63,703 bases of DNA from a virus (lineage: Duplodnaviria > Caudoviricetes): the IMG/VR virus record IMGVR_UViG_3300046709_000146, positions 1 through 63,703 of that record. The stretch is one strand, 5' to 3'. Numbering within the stretch: position 1 is the first letter of the stretch; each line of letters opens with the position of its first letter. Shown in pieces: positions 29,932 to 38,828 of the stretch. The position numbers and the translations under genes were made by a program. The notes below the pieces were generated by a model that had not been told where the DNA came from, ran no database searches, and worked only from the letters and a program-made list of their open reading frames with translations.

Positions 29932-30576
29932 TCACGTGCGGCTCGCCATCGCAGCGCCAGCCTGACGCGCGAGCTCCTCGACTTCCTGCCGCACCCAGAC
30001 GAAGTCACGGTAGACGTCGATCAGGTAGCGCGCCATCGGGTCGAGCAGCTTCTTGAGCCAGCGCCTGCGCTCGGCAGCGTCGAGCCCCGCCGACCAGGCC
30101 GGGTCGTCGAGCGTCTGCGGCAAGCGCGACGCGATGAACAGCGGCTCGCGCGCGCGCCGCTCGGTGAGCGTGCGCAGCTGCGGCATCAGGTCGCCCGCGT
30201 GCCCGCAGTCAAAGCCGACGAACCAGTGCCCGACGTACGACGCGTCAGGCTTGGCGTGCAGGCGCCCCGTGCGCGCTGGCAAGAGCGCCGTCTCCGGGCT
30301 GCGCCACGTCACGCCCGTGTCGTCGTACAGCCCGGCGAACGTGAGCCCGCCGTGCACGTCGACCTCGACGTCGCCGTAGGGCTCGCCATGCCAGGGGTGC
30401 GTCGCGTGCACGCCGACGTAGCCGCAGAGCGTGCCGAAGTCGAGGTTGCGCAGCACCAGGCAGGGCAGCCCCGTCTCCTCGTGCACCCACTCGGCCTCGT
30501 CCGGCTCGTCGGTCCAGATGCCCGGCCCCCAGCGCTTGATCTTCTCCTCGGGCTCGAGCAGGTACTCGGTTCTCAT
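29932..30576 (-). CDS. Conserved phage hypothetical protein
   Basis: LCGYVGV...VHGGLTF...GFDCGH.GD motif set. Confidence 0.65.
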   Translation of the reverse strand: MRTEYLLEPEEKIKRWGPGIWTDEPDEAEWVHEETGLPCLVLRNLDFGTLCGYVGVHATHPWHGEPYGDVEVDVHGGLTFAGLYDDTGVTWRSPETALLPARTGRLHAKPDASYVGHWFVGFDCGHAGDLMPQLRTLTERRAREPLFIASRLPQTLDDPAWSAGLDAAERRRWLKKLLDPMARYLIDVYRDFVWVRQEVEELARQAGAAMASRT

Positions 30577-31477
30577 CGCGCGCGCTCTGACCCGGGAACG
30601 AGCGGGTCGTGCAGTCCGTGCACTTCGCGCCCGCGCAGCAAAGCGAGCAGCAGGCCCGTGCAGAACGCGCAGAGCCGCATGCTGTCCGGCCCGGTGACGT
30701 AGCGGTAGTCGTCGTCGTGCGTGTCGGTCGTCGACAGCTCGAGCGTGTGCAGGTGCTTGAGGTCGCCGCGCGCGATGTGCTGGCACGCCTCGGGGAGCAG
30801 CCTGTTGTCAGCCATGACCGCCCTCCCCTCGCTTGGCGCGGTCGTACTCCGCCAGGTGCGCGCGCGTCTCGGTGATGAGCCGGCGCTCGTGCTCGGGCAG
30901 CGTCGCCAGGTACGCCTCGCCCATGCCCGCGACGATGCCGCGCAGCTCGCCGATGCGCAGCTCGAGCGTGGCGAGCGGGTCTGCCGGCTCGTGCGGCTCA
31001 GGCAGCTTGCACTGCGCGCTGTGCGGACAGCCGTCGCAGTAGTAGCCCTCCAGGTCGCCGCGATAGGTGGCGTCGCCCTCCCCGCAGCACTCGCACCAGT
31101 GCGCGCTGGCGGCCTGACAGTCCTCGCACTCGCAGTACGGCGGGCAGACGCGGCGCGGCTCGCGGTCGTCGGTCTTGTCAGCCATGGGGCGCTCGCTGCA
31201 CCAGCCTGTCAGGCACGCCCTCGCCTGTGCTCTCGAAGTACGGCGTGAGCGCGTCCTGCACGTCGTTGATGATTCGCCGCATGGTTGGCGAGAGCCGGGG
31301 CTTGCCGTTGTCCTCGTGCTGGGGGAACGCGTGCACGATCGCGATGAGCGCGCACAGGTGGTGCGCGACCTCGCGGTCACCGTCGACCGGGCTCATGGGC
31401 GCGCTGTAGATTCCGTGCTGCTCGATCGCTTCGTAGACATCGTCAGGCAAGTGCATAGCGTGGGGGGTCCTTTCTGG

Positions 31478-31828
31478 TCATGGCGGAGTCTCCGTGTCGT
31501 TGCTGCTCTGCTCGAGCTCAGGCATGAAGTCGGTTCGCACGGCGTGGTCTAGGGCAGCCTCGATCCACTCGTTGCGCATCCAGCCGCGCTGCTTGGCGAG
31601 CAGCAAGTGCTTCTCGAGACGGGACATGACCGCCGAGGCGATGTTCGCGTTGAGCTTGCGCGTCGTGCGTCCATCCACTCGTTTGTAGGGGAGCCCCGCG
31701 GTCGCGTGCCTGCCTGCCCGCTTGCTCGCAGGCTTGCGTGCCCGCGTGCCCGCGTGCTCGCGAGTCAGCGAGTCCGCGCCTTCCTTCTGATGCTCGAGCA
31801 GCCCAGCTCCGAGACCTCTGCGCGTCAT
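31478..31828 (-). CDS. Putative small centromere-binding partner of ParA (type Ib-like)
   Basis: 116 aa coupled to parA; low-complexity N-terminus; RHH-like C-terminus (RKLNANI...RNEWIEAAL). Confidence 0.6.
   Translation of the reverse strand: MTRRGLGAGLLEHQKEGADSLTREHAGTRARKPASKRAGRHATAGLPYKRVDGRTTRKLNANIASAVMSRLEKHLLLAKQRGWMRNEWIEAALDHAVRTDFMPELEQSSNDTETPP
31704..31775. repeat. Nine degenerate 8-bp tandem repeats (GCGTGCCC-like)
   Basis: gcgtgcct gcctgccc gcttgctc gcaggctt gcgtgccc gcgtgccc gcgtgctc gcgagtca gcgagtcc. Confidence 0.7.
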
Positions 31829-32622
31829 ACGATCTCCCGGTGCACGAGCGCAGCGGCGAGCGCTCGGTAGTCGGTCGCGCCGTGGCTGTCCGGCTTGTAG
31901 TGAATGACCGGGCGCGGCCGCTCGAGACCGGGCGCCTCGCCGAGTGGGATGCTGCGTCGGATGCGCAGGTCGAGCAGCGCGTCTTGGCGCGCGGCAGGCG
32001 TGACGCCGAGCGCGTCGTCGACCATGCCCCGCGTGATCTGCGCAAGCGTCGTGCGCGGGTCGCTCATCGTCTCGAACAGCGCCTGGATGGCCAGCGTGGG
32101 ATTGGCGTTCTTGCGCAGCTGCATGATGGCGTCGATGAGCTTGTTGAAGCCCTTGAACGGTAGCGCCTCCATCGGGATGGGCACGATGACGCCGTGGCAG
32201 GCGATCAACGCGGACTGCGTCAGCTGCCCCAGGTTCGGCGGGCAGTCGATGATCACGGCATCCCAGCGTCCTTCGGGCAGGTCCGCGATGGCCTCGCGCA
32301 GCTCCATCCGGCCATCGACCTTGTCGACGATCATGTTCTCGACCTCGCGCATGTCTTCGCCGGCCGGCACCAGGTCGAAGCCAAACCCCGTGTCGACGGC
32401 GGCGTCAGCGATCGCGATCGGGTCGTGCATCACGTGCCACATCGGCGAGTGACGCGTCGTGACGGCGAGCCCGACGCTGACCGTGGCGTGCGCCTGCGCG
32501 TCGAGGTCGAGCAGGAGCGCGCGCCGGCCCAGCTCGGCAAGGCAGGCGCACAAGTTCACGGCGGTCGTGGTCTTGCCGACGCCGCCCTTGTGATTGGCAA
32601 TGGCTTTGATCCGTGGAGGCAT
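31825..32622 (-). CDS. parA: ParA/Soj partition ATPase
   Basis: ANHKGGVGKTT, DLDAQ, IIDCPP. Confidence 0.95.
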   Translation of the reverse strand: MPPRIKAIANHKGGVGKTTTAVNLCACLAELGRRALLLDLDAQAHATVSVGLAVTTRHSPMWHVMHDPIAIADAAVDTGFGFDLVPAGEDMREVENMIVDKVDGRMELREAIADLPEGRWDAVIIDCPPNLGQLTQSALIACHGVIVPIPMEALPFKGFNKLIDAIMQLRKNANPTLAIQALFETMSDPRTTLAQITRGMVDDALGVTPAARQDALLDLRIRRSIPLGEAPGLERPRPVIHYKPDSHGATDYRALAAALVHREIV

Positions 32623-32710
32623 GCCTGCACGCTTACACGCGAGCTCGCGAGTCCGCAAGTTCGCGGACTCGCGAGCTCGCGGACTCGCGTGTTCGCGGGC
32701 ACGCGCAGCC
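32623..32710. repeat. Eleven degenerate 8-bp tandem repeats upstream of parA (centromere/operator candidate)
   Basis: gcctgcac gcttacac gcgagctc gcgagtcc gcaagttc gcggactc gcgagctc gcggactc gcgtgttc gcgggcac gcgcagcc. Confidence 0.7.
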
Positions 32711-33007
32711 GCAACTGTCCGCAGCTTCCGAGCATTCGACGGGCGACGCGATCGCCTCGAGCGCTCTGCCGGTCGCCGCCGCGAGCGCTTTTCTTACAGC
32801 GTGGCCGCGCCTTTTACAGCGCGGTTGTGCAATCGGTCGCGGGTCTGACAAAAAGTTGGAGCCACGCGCGGATCGATCTTGTATCGCGGTCGAGTGGCCT
32901 CTCGCCGCGCCGACGGCGCAGAGGTCGACCGAGCCACCAACCAGACAGCACAACGCCCCGTTCCCTCAGCTTAGCCGGCCAGGAGGAACGAGGCGCTTAG
33001 GAGAGCC

Positions 33008-33607
33008 GTGTCAGCACGACCCCAACGCCACGAAGCTAACAGCCACGACCACGCCGCGCAAGAACTTCGCGCGTTCCCAGGTGGGAACAGTCCGCCGCGC
33101 GGCGTCGCGTGGCTGGCGCTGGTGAGATCAGCCGTCGACCAAGAGGACGCTTGGCGCTTGGCTGAGCAGCTCGTGCTGCACAAGGACTTCCCGCTCGTGG
33201 CTGCGCGGCAAGCCGACCTTCAGCGCAACGCAGGGCTGAGCCAGCAAGGCGTGGTCCGAGCGCGAATCGCTCTTGAGGCTGCCGGCCTGCTGCGCCGACC
33301 TGCAATAGGTTTCTACTTGTGCACCCTGGCAAGCGACGAGCCTGCGCACCGACGACGGCGGATACGCCGATCGCTGGTGTTCTGGCAGCGCGCGGTGTTC
33401 AAGCTCGACGCGCACCAATGCGTCGACTGCTCTGCGCAGGAGGAGCTGGAAGCCCACCACATCTACCCGCAGGCCGTATGGCCTGAGCGCGCTCTCGACC
33501 GCCGCAACGGGGTCACGCTTTGCCGAGTCTGTCACGTTCGTCTCCGAGGCGCCGAGCTCGAGCACGTTGCTCGCTTCGAGCAGATCGTCGAGGCCCGCCA
33601 TGGGTGA
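33008..33607 (+). CDS. wHTH-HNH endonuclease
   Basis: ADLQRNAGLS...LEAAGLL then CVDC...EAHHI...NGVTLCRVCH. Confidence 0.75.
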   Translation: MSARPQRHEANSHDHAAQELRAFPGGNSPPRGVAWLALVRSAVDQEDAWRLAEQLVLHKDFPLVAARQADLQRNAGLSQQGVVRARIALEAAGLLRRPAIGFYLCTLASDEPAHRRRRIRRSLVFWQRAVFKLDAHQCVDCSAQEELEAHHIYPQAVWPERALDRRNGVTLCRVCHVRLRGAELEHVARFEQIVEARHG

Positions 33608-34589
33608 GCCCGCAAGGCGCGTCCTGACCGAGGTCAGCTGCGGGTACATCCCGCTCGGTTTCTGGCTGACCAAGAAGCACCCCGAGCTGCGCGGCGCCGC
33701 GCGCACCGTGTACATGGCGATCGGGCAGTTCGCGAACGCGGGCAACCTGAGCCCGAGCAAGCGCGAGCTACGCATGGCCACGGGGCTCTGCGAGAACAGC
33801 GTCGACGCTGCCGTGAGCGAGCTGCGCCGCAGCGGCTGGGTGATGATCGGGCACGAGCGGGGAGGGCCGAACGAGTACCGCTTGATGCGCGGCCCGTGGC
33901 TCGACGCCCCCCCAGTGATCGACCCGACCCCCCCCCAAGAGGATTCTACGACCCCCCCCAGCCATTGGGGGGGCATAAAAGGATCTGAAAAAAGCTCAGA
34001 AAAGCAGCACGCGACCGGCCCCGCGCTCTCGAGCCTGCCAGCGTCGCCGCCCCTGCCGGCGCCTCTTGCTGCTGTCTCTTCCCAAGCTCCAGCACCGAGA
34101 GCCGAGAAGCCGAGAGCTCCGCTCAGCGAGCTCACGACGCGCCGGCTGTGGCGCGAGTACCCCGACCATGCCGCGGCCATCCTCGCCGTGCTCGCCAAGC
34201 CGGCGCACGTCGACGACCCCGCGCTGTGCGAGCACAGCGTCTCGAAGCTGCTCACCAGCCGCGAGGCGATCGGCAGTCCGGTCGGGTACGTGGCGCGCGT
34301 GCTGTCGGGCGAGCTCGTCGCCCGGGCCATTGCGCCGCCGCCTCCCGAGCCTGCGCCGAGGCCGCGCCCAGCCGCGCCGCCTGACGACCCGCTGCGCAAC
34401 CGCGTCGCTGCGCTCGCTGCGCGGCTCTCGACCTGCCCGGCGACCATGCCTGCGCACGGCCCGGTGCGCGAGGGCGAGCCCCTGCTCAAGGCGACGTCCG
34501 CAGCGCGCGTCAAGCTCGAGCAGCAGCTCGCCGAGGCCCGCGCTGCGCTAGAGCTACGCAACGTCCAACCCGAGGACCCACCACGATGA
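33600..34589 (+). CDS. Replication initiator 2 (N-terminal wHTH)
   Basis: ARTVYMAI...PSKRELRMATGL.ENSV..AVSEL...GWV; internal iteron-like repeats; divergent from parA. Confidence 0.65.
   Translation: MGEPARRVLTEVSCGYIPLGFWLTKKHPELRGAARTVYMAIGQFANAGNLSPSKRELRMATGLCENSVDAAVSELRRSGWVMIGHERGGPNEYRLMRGPWLDAPPVIDPTPPQEDSTTPPSHWGGIKGSEKSSEKQHATGPALSSLPASPPLPAPLAAVSSQAPAPRAEKPRAPLSELTTRRLWREYPDHAAAILAVLAKPAHVDDPALCEHSVSKLLTSREAIGSPVGYVARVLSGELVARAIAPPPPEPAPRPRPAAPPDDPLRNRVAALAARLSTCPATMPAHGPVREGEPLLKATSAARVKLEQQLAEARAALELRNVQPEDPPR
33903..34004. repeat. Iteron-like poly-C repeats with 23-bp period plus A-rich tract (origin candidate)
   Basis: C-runs end at 33913, 33936 and 33959, followed by G7 and A-tracts. 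Confidence 0.55.
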
Positions 34590-34903
34590 GCACGTTCCTC
34601 CCGACCGACGCCGAGCTCGCCGCGCTCGAGCACATCTTCACGCTCGCCGAAGGACACAGCGGCGGCAGCCGTCGCGCGCGCTCGCTGCTCGGCGCCTGGT
34701 GGAACGGCGACGAGCTCGGCGGGTTCAACTTCGCCGACCTGTGGAGCCTCGACGCGCAGGCCGTGACGGTCGTGCACATGATCTGCCGCTTGCCCGCAGG
34801 CTTCTACGCGCACGACCTGCCGGGCAACTTCGGCAAGCGCATGCGCCTCTTGCACGAGCGGATGGTCGACGCCGGGGAAGGGCGCCCCGCGCCGGCAGAC
34901 TGA
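34586..34903 (+). CDS. Hypothetical protein
   Basis: GHSGGSRRARSLL.AWWNG...FNFADLWSLD; coupled to rep2. Confidence 0.6.
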   Translation: MSTFLPTDAELAALEHIFTLAEGHSGGSRRARSLLGAWWNGDELGGFNFADLWSLDAQAVTVVHMICRLPAGFYAHDLPGNFGKRMRLLHERMVDAGEGRPAPAD

Positions 34904-34990
34904 GGGCAGGGTAGCGCTGCCGCCCTGGGGGTTACCTGCTCTCGGCGCGGTGACAAAAAAGAGGTTACGGTTTTTCCGGGCTGCTAGGAT

Positions 34991-35251
34991 GTGCCCATCC
35001 ATGGTCATGCGATTTCACGCGATTGCACTGCGTTGAGAAAGCCCGGTCGAAAGGTGCAAGGCCGCCCGTCCATCCCCGAGGAGCTGCGCGCGATGCGACG
35101 CATCAGCGTGCGGCTCTACGCGGACGACGCCGCGGCGTTCGACGCGCTGTGCGAACAGCTGTCGCTGAGCGAGAGCGAGGTCATTCGCGCAGCGCTGCAG
35201 CTGTACGCATGCGAGTGCGCCAAGAAGCGCCGTGCGGATGCTGCGAAGTAG
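34991..35251 (+). CDS. Ribbon-helix-helix (CopG-like) protein 1
   Basis: GRPS...ISVRLY...LSESEVIRAAL. Confidence 0.65.
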   Translation: MPIHGHAISRDCTALRKPGRKVQGRPSIPEELRAMRRISVRLYADDAAAFDALCEQLSLSESEVIRAALQLYACECAKKRRADAAK

Positions 35252-35285
35252 CATCGGTGGTTGACAGCGCGCCGCCCGGCTGCTC

Positions 35286-35489
35286 GTGTCTGACACGAAA
35301 GAGTGGGGCGCATTGACCGACACGAAGAAACCGACGACGAGCACAGTGGCGACGCGTCGCGTAATGGCGCGCCTCTACGCGGAGGACGAGCTCGTGCTCG
35401 GCGAGCTGTGCGCGCAGCTCGGGCTCGGCGAGGGCGAGGTCGTGCGCCTGGCGCTGCGTGCGCTGGCCAAGCGCGAGCGCGTGCGCTGA
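35286..35489 (+). CDS. RHH protein 2
   Basis: VMARLY...LGEGEVVRLAL. Confidence 0.6.
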   Translation: MSDTKEWGALTDTKKPTTSTVATRRVMARLYAEDELVLGELCAQLGLGEGEVVRLALRALAKRERVR

Positions 35490-35561
35490 GCTCGACGCGT
35501 GCGCGCGCGTCGAGCAGCAGCGAGCTCGACGGCGCGATCCGCGTCGCGTAGTACTTCGCGT

Positions 35562-35786
35562 ATGACAGCCAAGAAGAAGGGCGCCCGTATGGGACGGCCG
35601 CCTGTGCCTGCCGCCGAACGCGCCGCGCGCATCTTCACGATGCGCTTGTTCCCGCGCGACCTGGCACTGCTCGCAGAGCTCGTAGCGGACTGCGGGCTCA
35701 GCGAGGCTGCAGTCTTTCGCGCTGCGCTCTCGGAGCTCTCGGCCAGCAAGGCGGGGCGCGCCCGGCTACGCGATAGCGCTAGATAG
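35562..35786 (+). CDS. RHH protein 3
   Basis: GRPP...FTMRLF...LSEAAVFRAAL. Confidence 0.65.
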   Translation: MTAKKKGARMGRPPVPAAERAARIFTMRLFPRDLALLAELVADCGLSEAAVFRAALSELSASKAGRARLRDSAR

Positions 35787-35808
35787 GGTATTGCGCTAAG
35801 ACGGGTCC

Positions 35809-36312
35809 ATGGACGCTGAACAAGAAGTCTCTGTCTACGCCCTCGTCGACCCGCGCACCAACGCCATTCGCTACATCGGCACTTCCTCCGATCCCGAGAC
35901 GCGCTTTGCGACGCATCGTCAGCCGGGCTCAAGGTTGCCCGGTGTGCGCGACTGGGTCGCCAGTCTGCGCAAGCGAGGACGCGAGCCAAGGCTTATCATT
36001 CTCGAGCGCGTTTCCTTGGCAATAGCGGCTGAAGCCGAGGCTCGCTGGATAGCGCATCACAGCGATGGACAGCTGCTGAACAGGACCCGTGGCGGCGGTC
36101 TAGGACGGCCAACGAAACCTGCGGCAGAGCGCGCCGACCAGCGCGTAGTCGTGCGCCTCTACGCCCAAGACGTCGAGCGCCTAGCCCGGCTAAGCGCGGG
36201 TCTCGGCAAGACGGCGGGCGAGACGATGCGGCTTGCTCTGGCAGCGCTGGAGAACCCGCGTTGCCCCGCAAACCATTGTAAACACGTGCAAATCATTTCG
36301 AGGCAACAATAA
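35809..36312 (+). CDS. GIY-YIG nuclease fused to C-terminal RHH domain
   Basis: SVYALVDPR...RYIG...RFATH...E..WI...LLN, then GRP...VVVRLY...GETMRLAL. Confidence 0.75.
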   Translation: MDAEQEVSVYALVDPRTNAIRYIGTSSDPETRFATHRQPGSRLPGVRDWVASLRKRGREPRLIILERVSLAIAAEAEARWIAHHSDGQLLNRTRGGGLGRPTKPAAERADQRVVVRLYAQDVERLARLSAGLGKTAGETMRLALAALENPRCPANHCKHVQIISRQQ

Positions 36313-36419
36313 AGATAGCGCAATGCGCAAAGTGGGCGCATAGTTGTTTTGCGTGGCGGTGAGCAGGTCGGGCGGCAGGGTGCCGCGCCCCTCTCTCCGC
36401 CCGCAGAAAAGCGCCGCCA

Positions 36420-36692
36420 ATGACCACCCACTCCAGCAGCCTGCTCACCGACCTCTGCGCCGCCCTTGTTACTGCGCATCCGACCTACCGCATCGAGATG
36501 AAGGAGCAGGAGCTGTTCGTCGGGCACGGCGTCAACGTGCGCCTCAACGACCTGTCTGGCGCCCTCGAGATTCACGCCACGGCGCTTGGACGCGGCCCGG
36601 TGGTCAGCATCTCGGCGCAGCTGCCGCGCGGCTACCAGCTGCGCACAGCGGTCGAGGCGGTCGCCAACGTCGCGACGGTTGTCTTCGGCTGA
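36420..36692 (+). CDS. Hypothetical protein
   Basis: 90 aa. Confidence 0.55.
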   Translation: MTTHSSSLLTDLCAALVTAHPTYRIEMKEQELFVGHGVNVRLNDLSGALEIHATALGRGPVVSISAQLPRGYQLRTAVEAVANVATVVFG

Positions 36693-36795
36693 CCTTGCAA
36701 CGATTGCCGCTACGGCGGCGCTGGTCGCGTCTCTGCATTCGAGCTCCGAGCTCGACGGTAGAGACGAGCTCAGCGCTCGAGAAAAGAAGTACCCC

Positions 36796-37275
36796 ATGAC
36801 CAAGACCAACAAGAAGTCCGCCCCCGTCTCCGTTGTCGCGGCGCCCCGCGCCAAGACGCTTACCGCCGTCGACCGGCGCGCGATGCGCGCTGCGCAGCAG
36901 GCTGCCGAGGCTGCCGCGAAGGAAGCGCACGCCGCTGCGCTCAAGGAGAAGTGGCGCCTGCACTACGCCGCCAAGCGCGCCGAGAAGCGTGCCGCCAAGC
37001 TCGCGGCGGTCGCCCCCAAGGCGCAGCCCGCGCCCGTCGTTGCAGCGCCCGCCAAGGCGCCTGCCATCGCGCAGCAGCCCGCCCAGAAGGCGGCGCCCAA
37101 GGCGCCCGCGCAGCAGTCGCTCGACCTCGGCGTGACGCTCTCGCAGGCGCAGGGCGCGCTTGCGGTGCAGGTCGCCGCCGCGCACAAGCGCGCCCAGAAG
37201 GACGGCGACCTGCGCCAGGCGGGCATCGCCGAGGGCCTGCGCATCGCGCAGCGCATCCTCGACCTCGTCCGCTGA
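36796..37275 (+). CDS. Ala/Lys-rich basic protein
   Basis: MTKTNKKS..., AAK/APKA repeats. Confidence 0.6.
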   Translation: MTKTNKKSAPVSVVAAPRAKTLTAVDRRAMRAAQQAAEAAAKEAHAAALKEKWRLHYAAKRAEKRAAKLAAVAPKAQPAPVVAAPAKAPAIAQQPAQKAAPKAPAQQSLDLGVTLSQAQGALAVQVAAAHKRAQKDGDLRQAGIAEGLRIAQRILDLVR

Positions 37276-37478
37276 ACGTCGTGACGCACGCGCCCTGCTG
37301 CGCGTCTGCGCCGCGACTGCGCTTGAGCTGCTCTGGCCGGCAGGAGTTCAAGCGCAGTCGCGGGCAGTAGTTGCCCGAGCCGATAGGAGATACCCGTGAA
37401 CACGTTCGACACGTACATCGCGCTGCACTACGTGCGCAGCCTTCGCCAGCTGGCCAAGCTGCTGGTCGGGAGGCGCGC

Positions 37479-37670
37479 ATGAACGCCGGCACCCGCAGAG
37501 GGCGGCCCCCGCTGCCCGCCAACGAGAGGCTCGGCGAGCGCGTCGTCGTGCGCCTCAGCCCGCAGGATGCGGCGCAGCTCGACGAGCTTGCGCGCGCGCT
37601 GCAGACCACCGCCGCCACCGTCGTGCGCCTCGCACTCGCGCAGCTCGTGCGCAGTCAGGGCGCGTCATGA
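37479..37670 (+). CDS. RHH protein 5
   Basis: RGRPP...VVVRLS...TAATVVRLAL. Confidence 0.65.
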   Translation: MNAGTRRGRPPLPANERLGERVVVRLSPQDAAQLDELARALQTTAATVVRLALAQLVRSQGAS

Positions 37671-38059
37671 CGCGCGTGTACGTCGACAACGTGCGGCCGA
37701 ACTTCTGCGAGCAGACGCTCGCCGAGGGCAACGACGTCGCGTCCTGGTTCCGCCAGGAGGGCGAGCGCTACATCTACGACCACAAGCTGCTCGCCCTCGG
37801 CTGGCAGCAATGGGACACCGATCAGGACGCTTGGTACTTCGGCGTCTGGGTCCACGTCGAGCTGCGCCAGACGTTCTGCTACGCCGAGGGCGACTGCACG
37901 CAGACGTTTTGCCCGACCGTCGAGCACTTCCGCGCGCGCATCGCTGCGCTCTGGGAGGCGCACCCCGAGCACCCGCCCGCCATGGTCGTGCTCGACTTCG
38001 AGACGCTGACCCGCACCAATATTCTCGACGCGCGCCTGCGCCCGGAGGACGTCACATGA
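37667..38059 (+). CDS. Hypothetical protein
   Basis: GWQQWDTDQDAWYFGVWV...YAEGD. Confidence 0.6.
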   Translation: MTRVYVDNVRPNFCEQTLAEGNDVASWFRQEGERYIYDHKLLALGWQQWDTDQDAWYFGVWVHVELRQTFCYAEGDCTQTFCPTVEHFRARIAALWEAHPEHPPAMVVLDFETLTRTNILDARLRPEDVT

Positions 38060-38343
38060 CTGTAGAAGCTCGCTTTGCTCTCGGGCGCCTCGTGCAGACG
38101 CCCGGCGCGCAGGCCGCTGCCGCGCCGGCGCACGTGCTCGCGTGCGTGCACCGGCACGTGACCGGCGACTGGGGCGTCATCGACGCGCACGACGCGCAGG
38201 TCAACGAGGCCGCCCTGCGCGACGGCGGCAGCATCCTGAGCGCGTACCCCATCGACGTGCGCGACCCCGGCAAGGGCATGCTCTGGGTCATCACCGATGC
38301 GGACCGGTCGGCGACGACCGTGCTGCTCCCGGAGGAGTACTGA
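38056..38343 (+). CDS. Conserved plasmid/phage protein (GDWG...LLPEEY family)
   Basis: FALGRLVQTPG...RHVTGDWG...WVITDADRSATTVLLPEEY. Confidence 0.75.
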   Translation: MTVEARFALGRLVQTPGAQAAAAPAHVLACVHRHVTGDWGVIDAHDAQVNEAALRDGGSILSAYPIDVRDPGKGMLWVITDADRSATTVLLPEEY

Positions 38344-38678
38344 TGCGCCTGCACATCGAGTTCACAGACGACGAGCTGCGCGACATCCTGACCACCGCGC
38401 AGGAGAGCGGCTCGGGCTACTGGTGCATCAGCGACGACGACCTGGCTGACGCGCTCACCGGGCCGGGCGTGCGCATCCGCGACCGCGAGAACCCGGACGA
38501 GGTGCTCGGCCTGCTCACGCGCGAGCTGCTCGCGCAGGCAGGCGGCAAGCTGCACACGCAGATCCGCGCTGACCTGGTTGCGCAGTTCCTCGACCGCGAC
38601 GGCCCGAACGGCGTCGACGCAGACGCGGCCGACGCGTTCCTGCAGGTCGCGCTGTTCGGCGAGGTCAGGTTCGGCTGA
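38343..38678 (+). CDS. Hypothetical protein
   Basis: GSGYWC...DADAADAFLQVALFGEV. Confidence 0.6.
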   Translation: MRLHIEFTDDELRDILTTAQESGSGYWCISDDDLADALTGPGVRIRDRENPDEVLGLLTRELLAQAGGKLHTQIRADLVAQFLDRDGPNGVDADAADAFLQVALFGEVRFG

Positions 38679-38693
38679 GCGTCCCACCTACGT

Positions 38694-38737
38694 CGAGCGC
38701 GCCCCGCTGAGCCAAGCTGCCCAGCGGGGCGCGCTCG
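38694..38737. terminator. 16-bp perfect-stem hairpin between convergent units
   Basis: cgagcgcgccccgctg...cagcggggcgcgctcg; no U-tract. Confidence 0.55.
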
Positions 38738-38828
38738 CGCCTAGTGCCAGCGCGCGGCGCCCCGAGCTGCCGGACGTAGGCGCGCACGTCCCGGCAGAGG
38801 GCGCCCCGTACGCTGGCGCGAGGGCGCC

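Larger units (their letters stand above)
25877..31456 (-). other. Run of small, tightly coupled hypothetical genes (accessory/early region)
   Basis: Many short leftward ORFs with overlapping start/stop codons; most not recognisable. Confidence 0.6.

Noticed and set aside
32623-32710. CRISPR array
   Set aside because: 8-bp degenerate units with no spacers, and no cas genes.
33128-35008. 626-aa minus-strand ORF
   Set aside because: Antisense shadow of the HNH, rep2 and downstream genes; no recognisable motif.
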